The notes below the pieces were generated by a model, which did no database searches, was not told where the DNA came from, and worked only from the letters and a program-made list of their open reading frames with translations. A stretch of DNA of 63,957 nucleotides, counting the filler, from Stramenopiles sp. TOSAG23-6 (Eukaryota), in assembly GCA_900128565.1 (NCBI GenBank). It is 3 parts of 3 records of this genome, joined end to end, with 100 filler letters (N's around TTAATTAATTAA, not from the genome) between each part and the next. Parts side by side here need not be neighbours in the genome. Positions count along the whole stretch, not along the records: positions 44,375 to 63,957 come from LT636049.1; 2 more parts are not named here. One strand, written 5' to 3'. Positions 45,596 through 55,874 of this stretch are shown in pieces. Position 1 is the first letter of the stretch. Every line of letters begins with the position of its first letter. The position numbers were made by a program, and so were the translations under genes.

Positions 45596-47268
45596 ATGTT
45601 TTGTAGATATTTTCATAGTATTGTACAAACTCGTCAGTTGCATCATGTTTTGCAAAGATGCGTCTTGAGACCAAAGGCAAGGACACAAATGTCAACTAGT
45701 GTAGAAAAGTCTATCCAGAACAACCCATCTCTACCTAGACTTCCACTACCAAACCTGGAAGACACCATGCATCGTTATTTAGAGAGCGTTTATCCTTATT
45801 GTATCAGTGATGGTGAATTTGAGGCACATCAGAGAGATGTTGAAAGTTTCATTAATGGTATTGGATCAAAGTTGCAAGAAGAACTTGAACGGTGTGAAAA
45901 AAACTCTCAATGCTCTGGTAAATATCCTTATTCGTTTATTGAAAGACAATGGGATGATATGTACTTATCTGGGCGTAATCCATTACTCATTAATGTGAAT
46001 CCTGCTTTTATACTTCATCCTAATCCACAAAAAAATATCTCTACGTTGAAGAACCCTAACCCTAATGAAAACACGACACAAGTGAGCCAGGCGGCGAAGT
46101 TTATAAATTCATCACTTAAATGGCTTTTGAAAGTTCGCCTTGGACATTTACCAGCTGATGGTCCATTGCCTGGTCAGTGCATGTCACAGTTTGAGACATT
46201 TCATGTACGTTTTCATCGTGAATTTAAATTATATTTTTTAGTACGAAAGTTTGTACCTAACGATTTTTTTACGAAAAAAAAAAAATATTTTTTCACAATA
46301 TGTGGATCATCAAGAATTCCTGGTGCTACAAGAGACAAACAATTATTCAATAAAAACGCAAAGCATATTGTAATCTTGCATCGTGGTCATATTTTTAAGT
46401 TAAATGTTTTTATTGAAAGTTGTGAAAAAATGAAAAAAAATGAAATTTTATCTGTTGAAACTTTAATTAAAAATTTATCTTGTATAGTTGATTATTGTAA
46501 CCAAATAAATGATGGTCCAGGAATTGGAATTTTGACTAGTTTAGATAGAGAAACTTGGTACAAAACCAGAAAATCTTTGATTGAATTTGACAATTTGAAT
46601 GATTCTCATGTCACTGAGATCGATACAGCAATTCTTGTTGTTACATTAGATGTATCAAACTGTATAAATAAAAATAGTTCAAATCATAGTCAAAATGATT
46701 TAATACGCGCCACAAGAAATGGTCTTCATGGATTACCAGGTAACTCACTCTCAGATCGATGGTACGACAAACCAACAATTATTATAGACAAAAACTCGCG
46801 CATCAGTGTTAATTTCGAGCATTCTTTTTCTGATGGTTCAATGTGGAATCGTTGGTTATTCGATACTCTGCAAGATTTTCCTAACCCAAATGAAGAGAAA
46901 ACAAAAAATAATGAAACTAATATGAAATTAAATTCCAAATTAGAGCCTCAAACTCAAGAACTCAATTTTAATATCCCAGATTTTATTCAAACTACTATCA
47001 ATGAATCAGTAAAAAAGGTCACTGATACTACGAATAATGTATGTTTTATTTTTTTATTTTTTTTTTTTCTATGATTTTTTTTTCGTACGAAATTTTGTAC
47101 CTAACAAATTTAAGTTTTTTTTTTTGTGGACTTCACGTGATAGAAGTTAAATCGTTGGGTAAAAATGACTTTAAAAAATTAAATGTTTCTCCTGATGCTG
47201 TTCTACAACTTTCTTTTCAACTTGCATATTTTCGCATGCATAAAAAATGTAGTGGTGTGTATGAGGCT
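45596..47268 (+). CDS. Carnitine O-acyltransferase (CPT2/CrAT family), 3'-truncated by a chimeric join
   Basis: LPRLPLPNLEDTMHRYL, CMSQF, SRIPG, DRWYDK, FEHSFSDG, SPDAVLQLSFQLAY, YE motif. Confidence 0.9.
46205..46303 (+). other. Family intron, GT..GT (99 nt, in frame, stop-free)
   Basis: Removal gives CMSQFETFH|GSSRIPG, the family spacing; ends TTCACAATATGT. Confidence 0.8.
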
Positions 47269-47360
47269 ATATGTTTTATGTTTTTTCAAACTCGAATTTT
47301 TTTTTCGTACGAAATTTTGTACCTAACGATTTTTCTTTCAAATATTTTTCTAAAATACAT

Positions 47361-47456
47361 GATATCAGTATGAATTTACCAGCTGCTCCAACAACAGCTC
47401 CAGTTTTGGAGGAAGATGACGAATTGGCAGAATTAGAAGGAATGATGGCAGCATAG
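47361..47456 (+). CDS. Terminal exon of an unrelated Snf7/Vps32-like ESCRT-III gene
   Basis: MNLPAAPTTAPVLEEDDELAELEGMMAA* resembles the Snf7/CHMP4 C-terminus, not an acyltransferase. Confidence 0.6.
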   Translation, partial: DISMNLPAAPTTAPVLEEDDELAELEGMMAA

Positions 47457-47737
47457 TGTGAAGTATTTGATCGTTGTAGTAATTTTTATCCTTCACAATA
47501 AATTGAATTTAGAAGAAACATATTGTTTTTTTTCGTGTTTTTGTGTTTTTGTACTACTATGGATTCCTCGTGCTAGGATTTTTTGATTTTACTATCCATA
47601 GTCTTACGTGATTGATCATGGGGTGTACCCTTTGTTATAAAATCTTGGATGAAACTGATTTATACTCTATCAATCAATTTCTAATACCTATCCCAGTATA
47701 CCCTAGTTATACTATGTATAAAAAAAAAAATTCANAG

Positions 47738-47760
47738 TAGGGTTAGGGTTGTGACGTCAC
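47738..47760. promoter_or_regulatory. TAGGGTTAGGGTT directly followed by palindromic GTGACGTCAC (CRE-like), upstream of TOP2
   Basis: Seen about 200 nt before the ATG at 47959. Confidence 0.5.
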
Positions 47761-47958
47761 TCAAAAACAACAAACGCCGAGCCAAAGAGAACACGCACTG
47801 TGCACGTGTATTAATAACAATTTCTGTCTGTTGATTTTGAAATAATTGTCAGTAAACTTCGCCTACCTTGCATTATTCACTTTACATTTGGGATCGTTTA
47901 CTAACCTTGATCTTCAATTTATTTGGTTTTGAAAAGATTCTTTATATTCGACGAAAAA

Positions 47959-50900
47959 ATGTCGCGAGCACGTAAGAAGGTTGACTACAAAGTTGATATT
48001 TCTAATTCTGATGATGATAGCAACTTCTCGTGTCTCAGTGATAGTACAGAGGATTCAATTAAAATGGGCAAAAAGAATGTGTCTTCCGGGAAAAAGGGTA
48101 CAAGGAAAAGCGTAGAAGAAAAATATCAACGTTTGGATCAGCATGAGCATATCCTACAACGACCTGATAGTTATGTCGGGAGTACTGAAGAACATACGGC
48201 AAAGATGCTCGTCTACGACGATGACTCAAAGACTCTTCGTGAGCGGTCTATTACGTATGTCCCTGCATTGTATAAGATATTTGATGAAGTTCTTGTAAAT
48301 GCGTCTGATAATAAGCAAAGATGTGGTAAGAAACAAACATACATTAAAGTGTCATTTGATGTCGATAAAGGCGAAATCTCAGTGACTAATGATGGTTCAG
48401 GTATCCCTGTGAAGAAGCATAAGAAGTGGAAAACATATGTTGCTGAAGGTATATTTGGTGTCTTATTGACAGGTAGTAATTATGATGACAAGGAGAAGAA
48501 AACGACTGGTGGGAGGAATGGTTATGGTGCGAAGTTAGCCAATATTTTTTCTAATCGTTTTGTTATTGAAACGGTTGATGCAAATGCACGATTGAAATAT
48601 CGTCAAGTTTGGACGAACAATATGTATAAAAAAAATGAACCAAAAATAACGGATGCGAAACCAACAGGTGCAAAGAAGAAAATCTTGGAATACACTAAAG
48701 TAATTTTCCGACCTGATTTTTCAAAATTTGGTGGAATGAATGGCCTTGACCGTGACATTGTTTCGTTAATGAAGAGGCGTTGCTATGATGTTGCTGCTTG
48801 TTTTCGTGGTACTTTAAAGATGTATATTAATAACAAACGTATTGGTGTGGACAGATTGATTCGATATGTGAAGTTATGTCGAGTTGGCATTCAGTATGAT
48901 GCGAATAAAATATCTTTGGATGCTTCTACCAATGGTGAAAATATCAAACCGAGTGTATTGAATGGATCAGAAGGAAAAAGTGTATCATCTTCGAATGATG
49001 TATTTTCTAAGAGTAAAAATACTGTACTTGACAATTCGATGTCATCACCAATACGCAATGCATTACCTTCAAGTCAAAGTTCACCGTGTAGCACAATGAC
49101 GACTAATTCACCTTCATCTTCTTCGTTACTCACGGAGGATCTTGATTTGACAAAGGTATGTTATATAAGTGTAAATAATAGATGGGAGGTTGCAGTATGT
49201 CTTTCTTCTGAAGGTCATTTTAGACACCATAGTTTTGTGAATGCAATTTCTACGACTGATGGAGGAAGTCATGTTGATGTGATTACGCAATCTGTTGTCG
49301 ATGCAATTATTTCTGCTGTATCTAAAAAAGACAAGAAAATGGCTAAACCACGACCTTCAGTTGTGAAAAATCATTTAATGATTTTTGTTAATGCTCTCAT
49401 TGATAACCCGAGTTTTAGTTCACAAACGAAAGAAAAACTAACAACGAAAAAATCGCAATTCACATCTAAAATTCAATTGCCTGAAAAATTTCTGCGTAAG
49501 GTGGTTTCCCCAGCTACAGGAATTGTTGCTGCAGTTGCTGCATATGTACGTTTTCATCATACACTAATTTTATTTCTTACCTAATCCAAAAGATTTTGTA
49601 TCTAACGTTTTTTTTTTTTTTTTAATAATCATATTTTTTCACAATACTTGCGAGCTTTGATGATAATCACCGCCGACAAATTATAAATTCAAGAACAACA
49701 AAAAATGCATCTATGCGTGGTGTTAAAAAGTTGGATGATGCGAATAATGTATGTTTTCATGATCAATTTTAAATTCATTTATTTTTTTATAGTAAATGTT
49801 GTACCTAACAAAAAACAATTGAAAATATTTTCCCAAAATACATGCAGGTGGCCGTAAAAGTTCTGATTGTACTTTAATTTTAACTGAGGGAGATTCTGCT
49901 AAAGCATTAGCGATTGCTGGATTATCAGTCATTGGTAGAGATAATTTTGGTGTATTTCCATTGAAAGGAAAACCTTTAAATGTACGTGATGCTACGTACG
50001 CAAATATTAAAAAGAACGAAGAAATCCAAACAATTATTAAAGTGATTGGGTTAGATCGAAATAAAGATTACGAACAAGTTGGATTGAAATCTCTTCGGTA
50101 TGGTTCTGTTATGATTATGGCTGATCAAGACGATGATGGTTCTCACATCAAAGGTCTTTTAATTAATTTTTTTGATTGGTACAACCCAACTTTACTAAAG
50201 AAAAAAGGATTTTTAAAACAATTTATTACTCCCATCATTAAAGCTACACGAAAAAAAGAAGTATTTACTTTCTATACACTTGGTGATTACAATGATTGGG
50301 AAAATGAACGAAATGAACGTGATGGTGGTTTAAGTGCATGTACGTTTCCATCGTGAATTTCAAAATTATTTTTTTTTAATAGTAAATTTTGTACCTAACA
50401 AAACAAAAATCGAATTTGACATATTTTCCGAAAATATATCTTCAATGGGTTGGCATATCAAGTATTATAAAGGTTTAGGTACTTCGACATCTAAAGAAGC
50501 TAAGGAATACTTTAGTGATATGAAGAAACATTTGAAAACATTTGCGTCATGTTCTGATAGTAGTTCTATGAATACTCCAAGAAATTTAGATGCTAAAGGT
50601 TTACCTCAACGTGCTGATAGAGAATGGATCGATTTAGCATTTACAAAGTCAAAAGCAGATGATCGAAAAAAATGGCTTTTAGCTTATGATGCTGAATTGA
50701 ACGGTGCAATTAATTACAACAAAAAAAGTATAAAATATACCGATTTCATTAATAATGAACTCATCCAATATTCTAGAGCTACTGTTCGTAGAGCTATTCC
50801 GTGTATTATTGATGGATTCAAACCTTCTCAAAGAAAAGTTTTGTTTGCATGTTTTAAACGTAAACTGACTAAAGAAATTAAAGTTGCTCAATTAGCTGGT

Positions 50901-53390
50901 TATGTCTCAGAACATTCTGCTTATCATCATGGTGAAGTTTCCTTACAAGGAACTATTGTGAGTATGGCTCAAAACTTTGTTGGGTCGAATAATATTAATT
51001 TATTATACCCAGGTGGTCAATTTGGTACACGTTTGCTTGGTGGAAAAGATCACGCGAGTGCTCGTTATGTACATTTTAATTATTCATTACAATTTCAAAT
51101 GTATTGTTCTACTATATTATTTTCAGATGAATTTTGTACCTAACAAAAAATTCGAATTTGTCATATTTTTCACTATACCTATCTTTACAAGACTTGAAAA
51201 AATTACACGATTAATTTTTCCTGCCACAGATGATGCGATTCTTGAGTATTTAGAAGATGAAGGTCAAATGGTTGAACCAAAAGCATTTATACCTATTATT
51301 CCTATGGTACTGATTAATGGTGCAAGTGGCATTGCTACTGGTTGGAGTACTTCTATCCCGAATTTTAGTCCTCGTGAAGTCATTGAAAATGTCAGACGTT
51401 TCATCGCAAATAAGAAATTTTTACCAATGGTACCATGGTACCAAGGTTTTCAAGGTGACATTCAGGATGTAAGTGGTGATGGTACTAAATTTAATTTTTG
51501 TGGTACTGCAAATTTTGAAGATGACAAAGTCTGTATTACTGAATTACCAGTTGGAGCGTGGACGTCTACATACAAGGAAAAAGTTCTTGGAAATATGTAT
51601 GATGTTCCTATACCAAAGAGTAAGAAGAAAAAGAAGAAAGGGAGTAACAATGACGATGATGACAGTGTTAGTTCGAAAAAGGGCAAAGTTAAAAAAGTTT
51701 CATCTAAAAAGAGTAAAGTAACGATAAAGAAAGTTCGTGAAAATCATACTGAAAATTCAGTATATTTCAACATTGAACTTGATTCAAGTAAAAATCACGA
51801 CCAAATTTTAAATACGCGTTCTAAACTGGAGACTGAATTTAAACTTACGAATGGTGTGATGCTGACCAATATGCATTTACTTGATTATGAAGGTATGAAA
51901 ATTGAACGATTCTGTACGTCTTCATCATTCATTTCAAATTAATTTTTTTTTCGTACGAAATTTTGTACCTAAACAAAAAAGATTTTTATTTTTATTTCTT
52001 CGAATCCAATTTTTGTAACATTACAAAAAAAACAAAAACTAATAAATTTCAAGTTTGACATATATTCTACTGCATATCTGGAACAGATCGAATCTTACAG
52101 AAATTCTGTGAAACAAGACTTCGATTTTATACATTACGCAAAGAACATCAATTGACTTGCTTACGTCATGAGTGGAAGGTATTGAACTCAAGACGAAGAT
52201 TTGTTGCTGCCGTTTCGTCTCGTGAATTGGAATTACGAAACAGACCGAAATCGGCGATTGTAGTTGATCTTGCAAAAAGAAATCATTATGTACGTTTTCA
52301 ACCTTCATTTGAATTTCAAATTGTTTTTGTTTTTGTATGAAAATTCCGTACCTGACGGTTTATTATTATATATATATATATATTCATAATACAGGTACCC
52401 ACTATTAAAACTCTTTTAATCATACGAAAAGGTATGTCTGGTTCAAAAGCTCAAAGTAAAATTGCTACTATGAACGATTCAGTTGTTGGTGCGAATGAAA
52501 GTGATGACAGTGATGTTTCTGATGATGAAAATAATGGCGAAAATAATGAAAATTTATGTCGTTTTGATTATCTATTATCGATGCCTATGTGGAGTTTAAC
52601 ACGAGAAAAAGTGAAAAGCTTATCTAAAAAATTAAAAAAGAAGAAAGATGAACTTGATGCTTTGAATGTTTGTACAGAAAGAGAGTTATGGAGTAAAGAT
52701 CTCGACGCGTTGGAGGCTGGATTGAATGAAGCTGATAAGATACGCGAAAAAGAACAAGCAAAAGAATATAAAAAACTTGGACGGAAATTCAAACGCCGAA
52801 TGGTCAATATTCGTTCACCAATGAAAGTAAAAGCGAAAGTTCCTGTCCATCCTGCACCTCTAACTCTCAGAGATGCTACGAACGTTATTCCTGATATTCA
52901 TTCAAGTCATTCTGCTGTAATTGTTCCAGTTGGAGAGACTATAAAAAAAACATTTCCAGTGGACAGAAAACCTGTAATTTCTTCAAACAAATTGAAAATT
53001 GAAAAAGATTCTAAAATGATAATTGTAGCAACATCATCTGATGATGACTCGGATGATGTTCCTTTGCGCAAAGTATTGGACAAGTCAAAAAAAAAGAAAA
53101 AAGTAATTGATAAAAAGGTAAATATTACTAAAAAGAAACGAAATGTTTTTGTTTCTTCAGATTCAGATTCTGATGATATTGAAGCTGATATGAAAGCGTA
53201 TCGAGAAAACGTGAAAGTAAAAAAAACATTAAATATTTCTGGAAAGAAACGTGCTGTCATTCTTTCGTCTGATTCAGATTCTGATGACATTGAAGCTGAT
53301 ATGAAAGCGTATCGAGAAAAAATGAACGCAAAACGAAAAAGAAAAAACACGTCAAGCGACAAGAAGAAAACAAAACGGTTTCGTCTCTGA
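47959..53390 (+). CDS. TOP2: DNA topoisomerase II (type IIA), 7 exons
   Basis: IFDEVLVNASDN, GGRNGYGAKL, KLDDANN|AGG, LTEGDSA, MADQDDDGSHIKGLL, YYKGLGTS, AYHHGE, SARY|IFT, LINGASGIATGWS. Confidence 0.97.
49546..49649 (+). other. Family intron, GT..TT
   Basis: TAT|GTACGTTTTCAT ... GTATCTAAC ... TTCACAATACTT|GCG AGC TTT. Confidence 0.85.
49749..49843 (+). other. Family intron, GT..AT
   Basis: Restores conserved KLDDANN|AGGR..CTLILTEGDSA; the CAG 4 nt downstream frameshifts to a stop. Confidence 0.92.
50340..50439 (+). other. Family intron, GT..AT
   Basis: AT|GTACGT ... GTACCTAAC ... GAAAATATAT|CT TCA ATG GGT TGG; no AG between the branch point and the WHIK codons. Confidence 0.85.
51069..51180 (+). 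other. Family intron, GT..CT, immediately after the catalytic Tyr codon
   Basis: CGT TAT|GTACAT ... GTACCTAAC ... CACTATACCT|ATC TTT ACA gives ARY|IFT. Confidence 0.92.
51914..52077 (+). other. Family intron, GT..AT (longer variant)
   Basis: CT|GTACGT ... TTTCGTACGAAATTTTGTACCTAAAC ... ACTGCATAT|CT GGA gives RFSGTDRILQKFCETRL. Confidence 0.7.
52290..52394 (+). other. Family intron, GT..AG
   Basis: TAT|GTACGTTTTC ... GTACCTGAC ... ATAATACAG|GTA CCC; in frame with ORF 52434. Confidence 0.88.
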
Positions 53391-53726
53391 TTTTGTTTGA
53401 AACGTTTTCCTTATTGTGGATTAATGAATGGAAAAACAAAACGGTTTCATCTCGGATTTTGTATGAAACGTTTTCTTTATTATGGATTAATGAAAATGAG
53501 AAAAATTAAATTGCTCATGCGTTGTATATATAAGTGGTATGAGTAATGTATAATAAGTGTATATATAGTATAATTTTTGTAGTGCATTTTGTGCTACGCC
53601 NAAGATAATATCATATAAAAAGAAATTTGTGTTATAATATTTTATATTCCCACCAAGATATTTTGAATTGGGATTCCAATATTATTTAGTGTTCACATGA
53701 GATAATTAGTCACTCTTTCCTCATTA

Positions 53727-55874
53727 TTAATGTAATGTTTGATTCTTTGCCATGAAGCGTTGGAAATCCCGAAGCTTACAGTTCGATAATTTTGATGCAT
53801 CTACAGCATATTTTTGACACGTCTGGGGTAAACGGGAAAACTCTACTGCGAGACTTTGCTTTGCTTTCTCATCTGCCTCGGCAACACCAGCAACAATTAA
53901 TACCATAGCTTTTGTAATATTGGGATGGATTTGAGAGTTTTGAGGTAAAGAATTTGGGCAATTATTTTCACTCATTCCAAAAGAATTTGTAGAATCTAAC
54001 ATAATTAGTTTATGCTTTTGTGACACAAGATCTGCAAGTTGAGAATGAACAACTCTAGCTTCTATGACATCACCCATGAGTGGCATTTTATTAACCCATA
54101 ATTCCATCAATTTTGATATCTTCACATCTCCTAAAATTTGGCCATGTGAAAAACAGATTCGTCCTAGTGCACCAATCGCATTATCAACTGCATCAATTGA
54201 TTCTTCTTTTAATGTAATATCCGTCAATTTATCAGCTTCTGAAATGAGGTTGGTGATTCTTTCAATTGCTTGAATACAATATGGTTGAAAATATTGTGCA
54301 GCTTTTGCTGCACATTGACCAATTCCATATAATGAACATTGTTGAATTCCGCGATGTTGACTTTGGATTGCATCAATAACAAGAGGAATAAATTTATTTG
54401 CGAAAGTTGCATGAGCAGTTGGACCACAATGTTCAATGATATCATCAAATATACATATACCATTGATACGTAAACTATCAGACATGTCTGTTCCAAGCAA
54501 TTTTTGAAACATAGACTGAACTTGTGCTGCCTCAAATACTGGTAAAAATGCACCTTTATGGATTTTAATCATATAACCAATTCCATCCACAATTTCCGTC
54601 ATTAATTCATCTTCCTCCTCTAACTCTTCTTCTAAAGCATCCTTTGCTTCCTCGTCAAAATATGGATCATTTTTAGCTTCATTTTCCACTTGAATACGCC
54701 GCGTCACACTCGCAGCTGCACATTGCACAAATATTGATGAAATCTCTTGACATCTTCTAATAGATGGTACAAGAATTGCTGGTGCAAGAAATGGAGCCTC
54801 GAAGTTTTCTTGTTTTGCAGTCGGTGCACCTGATCGGTAACAAACTTCCATCAAAGTCTTCAGTCCTTCAGCAGCACATGAAATATCTTCAATATCACCT
54901 TTTTCCATTTCAGTCTTTACACTATTCACTAATGCAGTAATACATGCTTCAAGTAAAGGTTGTATAATATTCGAAGACTGCCCAGCAGATACAGCACCAG
55001 CAATAGCAGATCGCACAAGCTGTGGTAACGCCAAAACAGCAGCAGAACGAACACCAGCAAAATATTGAAAAGAAACGCATGATTGCATTAGAATTTTTGA
55101 TGCGTCTTCAACAAATGGATAAAAATCTTCACGAAGAATTTCGGCATATTCTCGAATACAATTCACTGCACTATGTTTTTCTTCAATTGCGCACGTATTT
55201 AAACTAATTCTTTTATTACCAAATCCTCGTATATTTAATGTAGCATGAGAAAATCCTGTATTCGTAGCTTCCGAATTATCTTGAGTCACATCATCATCGA
55301 CGTCAGTGACAGTGTATGACACTTCAACAGCAGCCGCACGAAATAATGAAGGCATTACATGTGGTAGATAACATTTAAACGCAGAACCAATAGTACGACA
55401 AATATTTACACAACAATTTGTCAAAGCTAAAATCTGTGGATCACTTGCACCTACTTCACCATTATTCATACGAGCAAGTGAAGGTTGAAGCATATTCATT
55501 ATAGCATTCGCATCTGGTTGAAAAATTTCAGCATCAACAGATGCAACAATCAAACCGAGACATTCCAGTGCTCTTGCACGAAGTGAAGCTTGTTTTGTTC
55601 CAGTACATGTTCCATTTGGATCAAGAATTTGTTTCAATCCAGGAATAAATGAGTTATAATATTGATTGAAATCTGTTTCTACAATAGTAGCTACACAAGC
55701 GACAGCTTTTAATGCTTCTTCTTGAACAGCTTGTGCAGAGTTACCTAATGAAACAGCATTACTTAATAATAAACATAACGAACCTAATAAATCATTTAGA
55801 TGCGGTTCTATCGCCTCTTCAGGACATTCATTTGGTGTAGCAAAGCATGTTATACATGATGCTGCTTGACCACG
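53727..55874 (-). CDS. IPO5: Importin-5 / Kap121 family karyopherin, C-terminal half (5' end cut by the inversion junction)
   Basis: VRGQAASCI, VQEEALKAVACVA, LRARALECLGLI, IRGFGNKRISLNT..IEEK, ICIFDDIIEHCG, AVDNAIGALGRI. Confidence 0.9.
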   Translation of the reverse strand, partial: RGQAASCITCFATPNECPEEAIEPHLNDLLGSLCLLLSNAVSLGNSAQAVQEEALKAVACVATIVETDFNQYYNSFIPGLKQILDPNGTCTGTKQASLRARALECLGLIVASVDAEIFQPDANAIMNMLQPSLARMNNGEVGASDPQILALTNCCVNICRTIGSAFKCYLPHVMPSLFRAAAVEVSYTVTDVDDDVTQDNSEATNTGFSHATLNIRGFGNKRISLNTCAIEEKHSAVNCIREYAEILREDFYPFVEDASKILMQSCVSFQYFAGVRSAAVLALPQLVRSAIAGAVSAGQSSNIIQPLLEACITALVNSVKTEMEKGDIEDISCAAEGLKTLMEVCYRSGAPTAKQENFEAPFLAPAILVPSIRRCQEISSIFVQCAAASVTRRIQVENEAKNDPYFDEEAKDALEEELEEEDELMTEIVDGIGYMIKIHKGAFLPVFEAAQVQSMFQKLLGTDMSDSLRINGICIFDDIIEHCGPTAHATFANKFIPLVIDAIQSQHRGIQQCSLYGIGQCAAKAAQYFQPYCIQAIERITNLISEADKLTDITLKEESIDAVDNAIGALGRICFSHGQILGDVKISKLMELWVNKMPLMGDVIEARVVHSQLADLVSQKHKLIMLDSTNSFGMSENNCPNSLPQNSQIHPNITKAMVLIVAGVAEADEKAKQSLAVEFSRLPQTCQKYAVDASKLSNCKLRDFQRFMAKNQTLH

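Larger units (their letters stand above)
44375..52434. repeat. Left arm of 8-kb near-identical inverted duplication
   Basis: Mirror of 55875-63957; identical ORF translations and even a shared N base. Confidence 0.95.

Noticed and set aside
47100-47130. Loss of the acceptor in acyltransferase intron 2
   Set aside because: The mirror copy (61185-61293) has an intact CCAAAATACAT end, so the 23-nt loss after a T-run is probably an assembly error.
49747-49841. Reading the introns as AT-AC (U12-type) by shifting 2 nt left
   Set aside because: The shift is neutral when both ends are AT, but it changes the TOP2 catalytic Tyr to Ser at 51069 and creates TAG at 52290. The U12 donor RTATCCTT is absent and the branch-to-end distance is too long.
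47959-53390. TOP2 and other genes as frameshifted pseudogenes or users of an alternative genetic code
   Set aside because: Every break coincides with a family intron, and the spliced frames are clean. TAA, TAG and TGA all serve as normal terminators in this window.
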